Below are positions 1 through 11,935 of a stretch of DNA of 64,000 nucleotides, piece after piece. The position numbers and the translations under genes are program-made. Position 1 is the stretch's first letter. Each line of letters starts with the position of its first letter. The notes beneath the pieces are model-generated. The model did no database searches and was not told the DNA's origin. It saw only the letters and a program-made list of their open reading frames with translations. Location: contig LSRY02000003.1 of assembly GCA_001643675.2 (NCBI GenBank), positions 2,108,001-2,172,000 of the forward strand, in the 5' to 3' direction. Source of the DNA: Monocercomonoides exilis PA203. Lineage: Eukaryota; Protista; Preaxostyla.

Positions 1-127
1 GATATGATTCAGAATTTTTATATTTTTTTCAAATTTTTTGATAATAAAGAATTTTCGATGTTGAATTAAAGTTTTTCGATGTTGTTTAAAACTTTTTCGA
101 TCTTGAATAATTTTTGGTGTATCAGTT

Positions 128-167
<40 letters not shown>

Positions 168-234
168 TTTTTTGTAATTGAAATGATCTGCTGATCCTGG
201 CATTTTTGTTTGATACGAAAAAAAAAAATCAATA

Positions 235-3200
235 TTTTTGCTTTTTTCATCCAAAACAATATTTCCATCAATGGAAAATATTGTCCACTCACTTTCTTTT
301 TCATCATTATTTCAGTAACTTTTTCGTTTGATATCGTATCCAAAGCTGTCACCTTTAAAAAATAAAACATATCGATCACAATTATTATTAAGGTGACTCT
401 GAGTGAAAAAAATGTTTCAAAACAATATTTCTCATCAGAGTCAACATTTTCCATCTCATCTCTAATCTTTTTGCATTCTTTCTGTTCATCAATAAATTCT
501 TTCTCTGATATATTTTTCTCAATGAAAGTTGAGCATGTGGGCTTTTCTTTAACATCTGCACTGAAGGAGCTTCAAAAAACTTTGCCAGACCCTAATACGA
601 TAGTCCAGACAACGCACAACGTTTTTCAAATGCATTATGTTTTTGAAAATGAACCAAGACAAATCGAAATGCTTGTGGAATGGAACTGACAGCTGCATTT
701 CATTTCAGTGGATGATTCTTTTTGAAATCATAACAGTGCTTTCTTTTAAAGGATTATCAGATGGTGTTTTTTCGTTGGCTTTTTTCACATTGTTGTGCTG
801 TGTCTGATGTCTACCAACAATCCGTTTAGCAATAGTTTGAAAATCTGGAAAGACAACGAACTGGGATTACAATTTTGAATTTGAAAAGTGCAAATTAAAA
901 ATCAAAAAAGTTGCAAAAGAATTCGAAAGTTTATAAAACATGAAAAATTCAAAAAAACACGAATTCGGCTTTATTTCAAAAAAATATTATGAGGTCATTA
1001 TTGTAAGATTGTGTTATTCTTTTTGAACAGTAATAAATGTTAAATTATCGTGCTGTTTGAAATTTGGTTTTTTTTCATGAATTCTTGCAATTTGTCTGTC
1101 AAATATAACTCTCAAACAAATTGGAACAATAAAAAAAATCCGACATCCTATAATTATCTTTCTGGTCAAATTCAACCGATTGGGAGTTGGAACACATTAG
1201 AAAACATTTCTCATTTCAATAAATTTGAATATTTAACACACGCGACTTTTCAAAAAGAATAACGCCTATTGGGGATTAAAATTGTAATCAAAACTTTAAA
1301 CGAAGTGAAGATTATTAAGAAAATTCATTGCCAAAGTGAATCAATGAATCATCGAAATGTGAAAACCTTTCCATAAGAGTCAAAAGCTCATATTTGATGG
1401 AAAAGAAAGACAGTGATGGTTTTAAGAGGTTTTGTCACTTTTCAACGTTCATTTATCTATATTCAAAGTGAATTGTCAAACAGAAATTATTGAAAAGAAA
1501 TTTATTCCATTTCAAAAAAGATCAATTGAATTTTGCAACAGAAAACTTTCTATTTGTGGAAGGAAATACTTGTGTTTTGTGCTTCAATAACTCGTTGAAC
1601 AAGTCTCATTAGAACACAAAGTTTTGCAATATTTTCAAAAGGATTATTTATTGTAATGAAATCCAATTATTTTGATATTTGAAAAAAGAGTATTTTTTCC
1701 AAAAACATAAGAAAAACAAATTTAATCATTAAATGATGTTTTTCGGATTTTCACAAAAGAAACAACAAATATTTTCAATTTGAAAAAACTGTGAACTTTT
1801 TTTATTTTTCATTCTGTTCATGAAATTGAATGAAAAGCATTTTCCATAATGTCATTCAAAAGAATGCCACACCATTTTTAAATTTGAAATCAGTGTGAAG
1901 ATTCCTGAAATTTGAAAAACCTTCAAAAAATTGATTTATTTTGAAATTCGATCAAAAAAACAATGTTTTTTTTTGGGATGATTAGCAGTAGGTTCAATTA
2001 CAACTTGAAATTTGCTGAATTCCATCATCATGAAATGTTTCGAATTTTCAATAAAGAAATGATTATTTTGTTAATTGAATATTGATTGGTGAAAGAAATG
2101 AGATAATTGAAAAACAGGGAAAAAGAGAGAGGACCAGTAATTAAATAAATAAATAGGTGACATATGAACAATCAATTCACTTTCATTTATTAGAAATCTC
2201 TTCAAAGAAACTTCAAAATCATATTTGACACTTTCTTCAATGAGGATTTTCAATCTTTAATTTGTAAATTCTTTTATTAAAAGTTTTTGATTTTTTTGGA
2301 TAGAAACTGTAATAATAAGAATAAATATGTTTCGTTCATAAAGATTAACATCATATTTGAAACAAAATGACGATTTTTATTTTCAAGATACTTGCGAAAA
2401 ACAATTTCATTCTTGAAATGAAGATTTTCTTTCTTTGAATGTTTTTGACATGGGAAAACAAGAAGAATGAAAAATATGATTTTGAAATATTCTCCATTTA
2501 CTGAAAAAAAACAAGTGTTTGTGTTATTTTCAGTTTCAAATTTCCAACAGACTTTTCTTTTTTGTTGCAAAGAACTCAAATGACTGATTTGAAAACTGAG
2601 AAGCAGTTTGAGATGATGATTATTTTTGACAAAACTCTTGAATTCAAATAAACTCATTTTATTCAAAAATGGTGGGCTTTTTTCAAATTCAGACTGAAAT
2701 TTGTCCTGAAAAACATGTGATGAAAATAAATCTCTGAAAAATATCCATCATTGAAGCTTTTGACTGGTTTTTTTAATGATTAAAAAAATATTAATTTTTA
2801 ACGGTTCTAATCTTTTTGAATTTTAAATAAAATTGCAACAAAACATCATCAAATTGAGCTTTAAAGACAAAAATCAAAAATTGAATTTGTGAGTTGAATG
2901 AATGTTTCGCAAATATTTTTGTGTCTATTTTGAAGAAGACGCAGATGGTGCGATTATTATTTGGTTAAATAACTCCACAAAGGGAAATTGAAAAGCTCTG
3001 AAAAATTTCATTGTCTAATATACAAATAGCTGCAAAAGTGCACTTTACGAAGCGCGGAAGATTATTATCTTGCATTCCTTTTCTTCTTCTTCTATATCCT
3101 TTTCTCCATCCTTTTTGCAACGTTCTCTCTCACCCTCCCAATGCTCTCACAACTCCATCGATGGAGCCATCCTTCCAAACCTCAACAGCCCTTCCACTTC

Positions 3201-4790
3201 TCTCTCTGCCTTCAACACCTCTTTCCTCCACCAAACACGCTCTTCATCAAATGATCCCGTTAAATATATTGGATCTGAGTCTCAAAGAAAGGAATTAAAA
3301 CGATTGCCATTTACTGCTACGAATAGCTATATATTTGAATGGTGCGAATGGAATAATTCAAATGGAGGAAGCGATTGGGGTGGATCACTGAAAGTTAGTT
3401 GCACAAATGCAAATCTCACAATCACTTCGTGCTCATTCAATAATTGTTCCTGTAATGGAAATGGTGGAGCATTGTTTTGTGAAAGTTTGTTGAAGATAAA
3501 CATCACCAAATCATATTTCTCAAACTGCTCTGCAGTTCATGGAGGTGCTGTCAACACATGGTATCCGCAAACGAATTCTATTTATCACATTTCGGAAAAC
3601 AGAGTGGAAAATTGTTCAATAACATACTGGTGTGGAACTGGTTGGTATTTCTGGATTGGCGATTTTCCATCAAATGGTCAATTCTTTTTCACCAAATGCA
3701 AGTGCATCTCAAATTCTGGTGGTGATTCAACAGGTTCACTCACGTTTCATTGGCCTCCGAATAACAAGCCCAACCTGTTTTCAATCGTTGAGTGTCAGTT
3801 CATCAATAATAAGTTAAGTTCTTCTTCCACATGGGGCGGAGCCGGAATATACTTTGATGGAACTTACTCTTGGATGAATGAAGTCAAATTCATCACATTT
3901 TGTTTCTTTGATGGCAACACTGCGACGAATGGCAGAGGGAATGATGTATTCTTCAATGGAAGCAGCATCACTCAATCTCCTTTCCAGCAATGCGGTTCAA
4001 CAACCACAACAAAAAGAGTGTGGAATGCAGGAACTGCAGATAGCAGTGTGTACAATGGATGGCTTCCAATCATCAGCCAGAACAAAATAGTCTCAAATGG
4101 TGGAACTGATGCTGATGCCTGTGGCAAAACACAGCAAAGCCCATGTGCCACAGTGGAGTATGCTCTCGGGTGCATTGCTCCCTTCAGCGATGCCTCCCTC
4201 TCTCTTCTCGTCTCCACTTTCACTCCCACAAACACTCTTACATTCAATGCAATTGACACAAAAATCACTGGAAATGATGAACTTTTTCTGATTTCTTTAT
4301 TATTCCTTCCATTTTCCATTTCATAGAAAAATTCACAAGCTTTCATTTTCTTTTCAACAAGAGAACGTATCATCACTTTTCTTTTGAGAAGTCTCACATC
4401 GGATCGCATTAAACATATTTCTTCGTCATTACCTCATCTAATTTTTCTTCTCCATCAAATGCAAATAAAGTTCTTTGCTTTTAAAAAACATCTATTTCCT
4501 TCTTCAAAAAGATATCTTTCGATAATATCAGCAATTTCTTCAAAACTTTCAATTTCTTTTGCCATTCCCATTTCTCCTTTTTCATCCGCTGCAGACGCAC
4601 TTATTTCATAGAATTATCCTTCGATTATTTGTTTTCTTATAAATTTCTATTCCTCTTCTCATTTAATCATCATCTCGTTCCATTGAAGGCACATGACGTT
4701 GTGAAATCAATCGAAGATCATCCTCATAATCATTCGCTCCAAATATCCTTTTCTGCCTTGTTCTTTCTGTTTTCTGTAATCTTTCAACTT
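235..4790 (+). repeat. Segmental duplication unit (AT-rich upstream region + beta-helix cassette A + downstream junction); inverted copies at ~26690-30617 and ~38220-42250
   Basis: Mirrored ORFs 2071..2253(-)/29235..29417(+), 3011..3298(+)/28195..28476(-)/39362..39643(-) and 122..454(-)/41891..42172(+); long reverse-complement matches read directly. Confidence 0.9.
3019..4326 (+). pseudogene. Cassette A: Pmp-like right-handed beta-helix surface-protein fragment, no ATG or signal peptide, 3' truncated at KITGN
   Basis: Frame is open from the TAA at 3016-3018 to 4326; repeated GGAL/GGAV and FxxC motifs; Cys framework shared with 7 paralogues; the ORF-track start is a TTG. Confidence 0.8.
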
Positions 4791-7700
4791 CCAAATGAAA
4801 AATGTCAGATTCGATCTTTATAGATTGTGCACCCAATGATCAACTTTTCTTGGTTTGATATTGAATCACTTCCATTGACATATAATTTATACAGATATTT
4901 CGTTATAGAATAAACAATCCTTTTCCGTTTCAGAAAAGAAAATAAAAGATGACACTTGGCCCTGAATTTGACGGGAGTTGAATGAAATGGAAATCACAAT
5001 ATATATTTTTCACTTATTGAAGATGGTGCTGAAGAAGAAGATACAATGAAATGAAATCAATTCGTCCAAAAAGCCTTTTTTCATCATGAGAATAATGAAT
5101 GAAAAATGAAATAAGATGAGCTCAACAATTGATCAATCGAGATGAAGTGAAGAAAATGAAGCAATTTTCTGTTAAATCTAGCATCTCTGCTGATTTAGAT
5201 GAATGGATGCATCAGAAGTTCGATTGCCGATAGAGAAGGAAGTGAGATGAATATTGCAAAAACAATGCAGAAGTTGAAGAACACCAAAAAGGAAGAAAAA
5301 AAGGCGGAAACAAAGGAGAAAAAGGTTAAGATCACAACGAAGAAGAATGAAAATAAAAAAACGAAGAAGACGAAGAAAAAGGCAAAGAAGAAGGCAAAGA
5401 AGAAGAAGTGAAATAGGTGTAATATAGCCCAAAGGCAGAAAAAGGCTGGATTGTTTGAGAGGATGAATTGGATGGGGATGAAGAAGAAAGTGAAGAAGAA
5501 TATGAAACAGAAGAAGAAGAAGAAAAAGAAAAATGAAGAAAAGAAGGCATTGAAGATAATCTTGCTTGTTTTGATGTTGAAGATTGTGATAAATTTGATG
5601 ATGAAGAAGAAAGAAAGAAGAAGGAAGAAGATTTCGGAGAAATAGAACCCATCGGAGAAATACAATCAATATTTCCGTTTCTGTTTTTCCCTTTCCTCTT
5701 TCACAGTCCAATCATCAATCATCAATCCAATTTTCTCCTTTTCCCTCCTCCTCTCTGAATATTCTTCTTCTTCTTCTTCTTCATATTTCTATTGTTCTTC
5801 TGCTATTTCTCTGCTTATTTCTTTCTCATCTCCATTTGATCCATTTTCTTCTTCATTTCTCAACTCTCCCAAAAAATTAACATTGCTCATCAGACAGCAA
5901 ACATTTGGGTGTGGCTGAGTCAAACGAAGATAATCATCCGAATGGAGACATGAAACAGACTGTGATTGAAGATGACGATGAGAAGGAAGATGATGATGTT
6001 GATGGAGGAGAAAATGAAGATATCCATGATGGTGATGAAAATGCTGAGGAAAATAAAAGCGAAGAAGATGAAGAGGAGGATGAGGAAGAGGAGGAAGAGG
6101 CAGCGTGCCTGAAGAGTGCGGAGGCGGAGAAGGCATCTGCACACAAGAGCAATCAGAGCCTTCACAAGTGCTCCAAAAGGGGGATCTTCGACAGCATCTG
6201 CGTGTGGTAGACACTCTCAAACTGTGTGTTCTGCCAGATAGAAACAATTGCAATCACAATCACAATCACAATCACTCGAATTCAGATTGACATATGATAT
6301 GTGAAGAGGAATATGAAGAAGAAGAAGAAGGCGACGATGATAGAGGAATCTGTTTGCATTCTTCCTGTTGCATCGTGACAGAAGCATTGCTGCTTGGAAG
6401 CTCAAAATGAGGGTGACTCCTAACATTCAATGAATTTGAAGCAGATGATTGTGTAGATGGTGAAGAAGGAGGAGAAGGAGGAGAAGGAGGAGAAGGATGA
6501 TGCTCATTCATCATATTCCCTCTTTTCATGCAATTCCGAATAAAATTGTTCCAACCAGAAGACGATTCTTTGTCGCTCCTCTCTTCCCTTCCCCTCCTTC
6601 TTCCCTCTGTTCTCCCAAAGGTGGCAGAAGAGGCAGCGCTTCTTCCCCACAAAATGATCCAGGCAACTTTTCAGTCTAACCAAATGCGTCACATAATTCA
6701 TCCCCAGTCATATTCTTTAACTGCTTTTGTATGTTCCTTTGGCTTTTGAGGGTATTGGAATGCTTTGTTGTGTATGTCTTTCCCCAAGCCCTTATCATCT
6801 CTTTCTTCTTTTATTTCCTCTTCTTCTTCTTTATCATCTTTTTCTTCTTCCTCGTTATCATTATGATCGTCTTCTTCGCATTCGTCGTTGTCAATTTTCA
6901 TTTCATCTGATATTTCCTCCCAATTTTTGGTTGATGTGAGAGAATTGAATGATAACGCTCTAAAAAATTGGAATGTGAAGAGACAACTGGCTCTTTCAAT
7001 TTCTGTGATTGTTAAGATGTCTCCTGCTGCTCGTCTTTGCTGCACATCCTGAAGCATTCAAATAAATCATCATGGATATCACATTGAAGGAGCGAACAGC
7101 TAAATGCAGATGAAGTTGCAGAAGCAGAAGCAGAAGCCGAAAATGAAGAAAAACAAGAGAGAGATGGAGAGTTCGCTCAGTCAGAGACATTCACAAGAAA
7201 TTCACTCACATGTTAGGAGAACACACGTTGCGATGGAGAAATCTCTCGAAGGTCATCTCTGTTGTCATTCGCCCTCCCCAAACAAGAATTGCTTCAATAT
7301 TATTATCTTTTCGTCTGTGTCTCCTTCATTCACTGAAAATGGAGGGAAAGGCATCCTCCTTTTCTTGTTGCATGTTTGTTTCCCTTCTTTTCTTGCCTCA
7401 TCATAACATCTCTTCCATTTTCATTTATTTCAGCTGCTATTCTGTGTTTGAATAAAGATTCCTTTCGTCTTTCTGAGGAGGAATGAAATTCAAAGTCTGG
7501 CGCTGAATTCGATGGGAGTTGAATGAAATGGAAATCACAAAATATATTTTTCAATTATTGAAGAAGGCATTGAAGAAGTTGATTTGAATGAAATGAATGA
7601 AGTTGTTCAAATTGCCTTTTTTTCATCACGAGAATCGCGAATGAAAAATGAAATGAAAGCATTATTGGTGAACGTTCGTTGAGAGGAAGAAAAGTGAATG

Positions 7701-8421
7701 AAATAATTGTTAGTTCAATTTGTCTGCGATTCCATTTGCACAGCTTAAATGCAACAGAAGGTCGATGATCTGATCCAATGCAAAGTTAGTGAATATGGCA
7801 TTGAAGATGTTGGAGATATGGTAAAGATTGCACAGTTTGTGGGAAATGACTAGACGCAGAAGAATTTGAAGAATTTGAAGAAGATGAAGAAGACGAGATG
7901 AATGAGAGATGAACAATCAGTCAAACAACATTTCCGAAGAAGATGATGAAAATGACTCGTGTGATGTTGTCAGTTGGTTTAATGTCACATTTGATAAGTT
8001 GACTTCGGAAGGAATATAAAACCCCAATAACAAATAAAATTGGCCAATTCGCATTAATTTGTCAATGAAGATGGATATCCTCAGTTCATTTGCAAACTTT
8101 GTGTGATTTCATTGCTTTCTCTCCAAAAACAAAAAATAATGATGTTTGTCTGTTGGATCTGAAAAAATGCAAAAGACATAAATATCTGATGAAGATAATT
8201 GCAAAGAAGAAGAAGAATACGAAGATGAAAAGGCAGCAGAAGAAAAAGAAGATTGAGAAAAAGAGGACGAAGGGTCAGAATATAATGCAGAAGAAGAGAC
8301 TGTTTTGCTTGTTTTGACGTTGATGGTGACGAATGAGATGATTAAGACGAAGAAAATGAAGAAAATGAAAAAGAAGGAGAAGGAGAAGGAGAAGGAATGT
8401 TGTGTGCGGAATATGTCTGTC
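4790..8421. pseudogene. Decayed, partly tandem-duplicated low-complexity (acidic/Ser-rich) coding remnants
   Basis: ~4960-5230 resembles ~7500-7790 (ctgaatt..gggagttgaatgaaatggaaatcacaa); only short, stop-riddled E/D/S-rich frames; ~7500-8420 has a diverged inverted counterpart at ~25545-26510. Confidence 0.5.
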
Positions 8422-10179
8422 GGAGAAACAGAAGCTTTTGGATTGCATATTTCCGAATGAGAACGTTCTCATTGGCTTATTTTGGAATCCATGGGAAGAC
8501 GATGATGGTTGAAGAAACTAAAAGGCAAGGAAAAGAGGCAGATAAAGAAGGAAGAAGATGAAGCTGCTAAAGGAGTTGAAAGAGTTGAAAAAGAAATAAA
8601 AGAAAAAGATGAGGAAGAAGAAGAAGAAGAAGAAGAAGAAGAAGATGATGATGATGATGATGAAGTTAATGCTGAATGATCAGAGTTCAACACAATGACT
8701 GCTTTCGCAAACAAAATTCTCGCAGCAGCAGATATGAAAAAAAAAAACGAAAGAAGAAAAAGAAGAAGGGGCATCTGAGAGAGAAATGGAATGAAATGAG
8801 CTCGATGATGCTCTTTGGACGAGCTGGGCGGCAAAGGCGAGCAAGACTCATTTGAAGAAAATACAGGCATAATGAACAGATTCAAATTTCATAACAGACA
8901 ACTGCAGCAAGAGAAGGAAGATTTATTTTATGTTGCAACATGAGAATTTTATGGTTATTTGAACAACAAATTCTCAAATACGAAGAAGGAGTTCTTTCCA
9001 TCAGTCAAACTTAAAAAATCTCGTCAATGAAGAGATTGGAGGAGAAGAAGAAGAAACCATATAATCCGCAAAAATGCAACTTGAAATGGATTGTCACCAG
9101 GAATGACGCTCAACATAAAAAATGCTGTTTGCTGGAATGGAAAAATGATTTAAAAAATACATAAAAATAATTAGTTTTCCATTGATTATCAAAATTCCTC
9201 AAAAGAACACATACACCCTCTCTATTGCAAAAGTAGAAGATTGCCCAATCACTGATGCTGCCATTCTCCTTTTCCATTGTTTCCCTGTGCTCCTTTCTCC
9301 ATCATCCTTTTTTCTCCTTAAATATCCTTCTTTCTATGTTTTCATCCATTTTTTTTCCTGAAAAAAATATCTCCGAATTTTATTCTTTCCAATAACTGTC
9401 CAATTGTTGTCATTCCATTTCGCTCTCATCAAAATGCTTTGAAATTGAATTTATTTTCATCCCCTCTCCCAACTGAATACAAAAAATCTGCAATTCACAT
9501 CTGCTGATTGTCTCTCGGCATAGCTCTCTTCTTATGATCTCCTCAGAAAAGCAAAGGAATGGCCATTTATATAATTTATCAGATTCTTGCACTCTGAGAA
9601 GGCCACAGATGGAAACATCTTTAAAATGAACAAGAATAATAAAAAATGCAAACATCAAACTTTTCATTCATTATTTTGGAAAATGAATTTCCTTCAAAGA
9701 TGCTTTTCATAAAAATCATCTCGCCCAATTCCATCATCAATTCCCCGCCGTCGCTGTCTCGTACCAACGCACAAAATAATATCGCCTATCCTGCAGAAAA
9801 TATTCGTTTGCCGATCTATCATCTTTCCAATGGTTAATTTTGCTCAAAGAAAACAACTCGATCAGAACATCCATAACAATAAACTTGAAAAGTTAAATCA
9901 TTGTTTTTTCTGTGAAATATCTTGCTAAAAATGTCATTATTCAGTTTGATGGTGTGAATGCTTATATTTTTATGACTATTTTGCGTTTTCTATTTTTTTG
10001 TTGTTTCCGCCTTTGAAGGATGTTCTTGTTGAATGTGAATGGGAAATTCGGGATGGTTTCTGTGTTTCTGTGGATTTGCAAAAATGCAGGAGAAGGGCGC
10101 ATTGAAAGCACTCACTGGTTTGAGAGCATTGTTTCCCTTGAATTTGTGATGATTGGGATGATTTCTCTCTATCTCTCTT

Positions 10180-10560
10180 TCTTTCTTGATAAATTTTGAA
10201 GAATAGATAAATGTGATGGCACACGACGAGAAAGAACAGAAACAGGAAATGGAAGAAATGCATGGGACAATAGGCAAAATGGAAGAAGAAGAACAATTTA
10301 TGTCTGCTCTGATGCCTGAAATGCTTGACAAAACGAAAATGAATAATAACGAATGAAGAAAAGAAAAACGACAATGGAAAATTCTATGTTGCTGTTAAAG
10401 CATATGAACTGTTGCAAAGAGCTGAATGGAGCAAGGATTGGTCGTTTTGTCAATCCTTCACTGAGTAGAAAAATTGGAAAGATGATTGTTGATGAAGAAG
10501 AGAAGGATGAAAAATCACTGATTGTCCTTTTCGAATGATGTTTTTCATCGCATGATTGAC
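10180..10560 (+). pseudogene. Fragment of an expanded oxymonad-type uncharacterised helical protein family (mirror copy at ~23406-23786, minus strand)
   Basis: Broken frames read EKEQKQEMEEMH..MEEEE and KKTTMENSMLLLKHMNCC..SLSRKIGKMIVDEEEKDEKSLIVLFE, resembling from memory a Monocercomonoides family (EEKKMSMENAILLLKHVGYC..SLNKRFEKMII). Confidence 0.55.
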
Positions 10561-11935
10561 TTTGCAATTTGTTGAAAAATAGCTTGAATAAACGTCAAAA
10601 AGCGGAAAGGACTGTTTTGAGGTTGTGTGACGCTGATAAATAGAATGTATTATTTCACTTGTTTCATAATTGATGATTGCAATATTTTTTTTTATTTTTT
10701 TGTGTTGATTAATTTAGGTTTCTTCAAAATGATGGCATTGAACGAGACGTCATCAGAAGCGCCTCGGCCACACTGAGCTTGGCATTGTTTGCTTAATTGA
10801 GGATATTTTTTGTGAACAGATGATTCAATGAAAAATATTTGGAAGAGACCGTTGCAGAGCGGCTGTGCTTGGCGAGAGAGGCGACCAGAGAATTGGAAAA
10901 GAAAGGGAAAAGAAGTGGCTTTGGAATAGGATTGTTGGAGGAAGAAAACAAAATGAGAAGAAGAACAAATGAGAAGTTGAGGAGATGAGAGGGGAAAAGA
11001 AGAAAGAGAACGATTGAGTTTTAATTGGAGTGGTAACAAGAAGATAAAGAAGAAGAATTTGAAAATATTGGGGTTTTCTTTTCAAAATGAAAAGTCGGAG
11101 CAACAATTCAAAGTCAGCCAATGACTTGTGGATATGCAGCTTAATTCATGAATTGCAGTTTATCCATCTCAAATTTTGTGTAACAATTTTCAATTCCTTC
11201 TGAAGTCAATTTATCAAATACGATATTTTTTGCCAGTCAACAACATCATACAAAGCATTCTTAACTTCTTCACAAGTATCATTGAAAAAAATGAATTTAT
11301 GCAGATGTCTTTTTTCATCTGAATTGTAAAAGGAAAATGAAAAGAAGGATTACTTAGCGATTGATAAGCCGAGAAGAAGAAATGCTAATGAAACAATTTT
11401 CAGTTGAATTTGTCAAAAATTGCTGATTGAACAGCTTGAATATTTGAATGCCAAAAGTATGATCCAATGCGAAGTGAGATGAATCATCAAAAAAGAAGAA
11501 GGAAAGATCAGCTGAAATTAAACAACAATAGATATGATTTCGAATCAAGAAAAGCGGAGCAGCAGGCTTGCAATCAAAAATGGTGGACGACTTTGCCTTT
11601 TTTGTTTGGTAGATGAAAGAGGCTCAGATGAAAAAAGCATATTATCGAAACAATTCTTGAACGGAATAAATGATTGAAATGATGTTCTTCTTCAGATCAC
11701 ACAATGCCAAATGCCTTCAACGAGAAATCAAAGATGAGACGATGAAGGAAAGTTATTTAGAGGAAAGACATGTTCAAAGAAAAATTCTATGAAACAACAG
11801 AATTTACAGAAGATATATGGTGATTAATCAATCAAATGCAAAAATGAGATGTTTTCTTCAATTTTGTGTGCCATCTCCCCAACTTTCTTCGATTTTACCG
11901 TCACTTGCACATAAATTCACAATTTGTCTGCTCAT

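Noticed and set aside
129-173. Poly-A tract as a retroposon tail (also poly-T at ~41511-41533)
   Set aside because: No associated element body or TSD; homopolymers are common in this sequence
5178-7455. Many Phe/Leu/Ser- or Lys/Glu-rich ORFs
   Set aside because: Products of GAA/TTC low-complexity sequence; no domain motifs recognised
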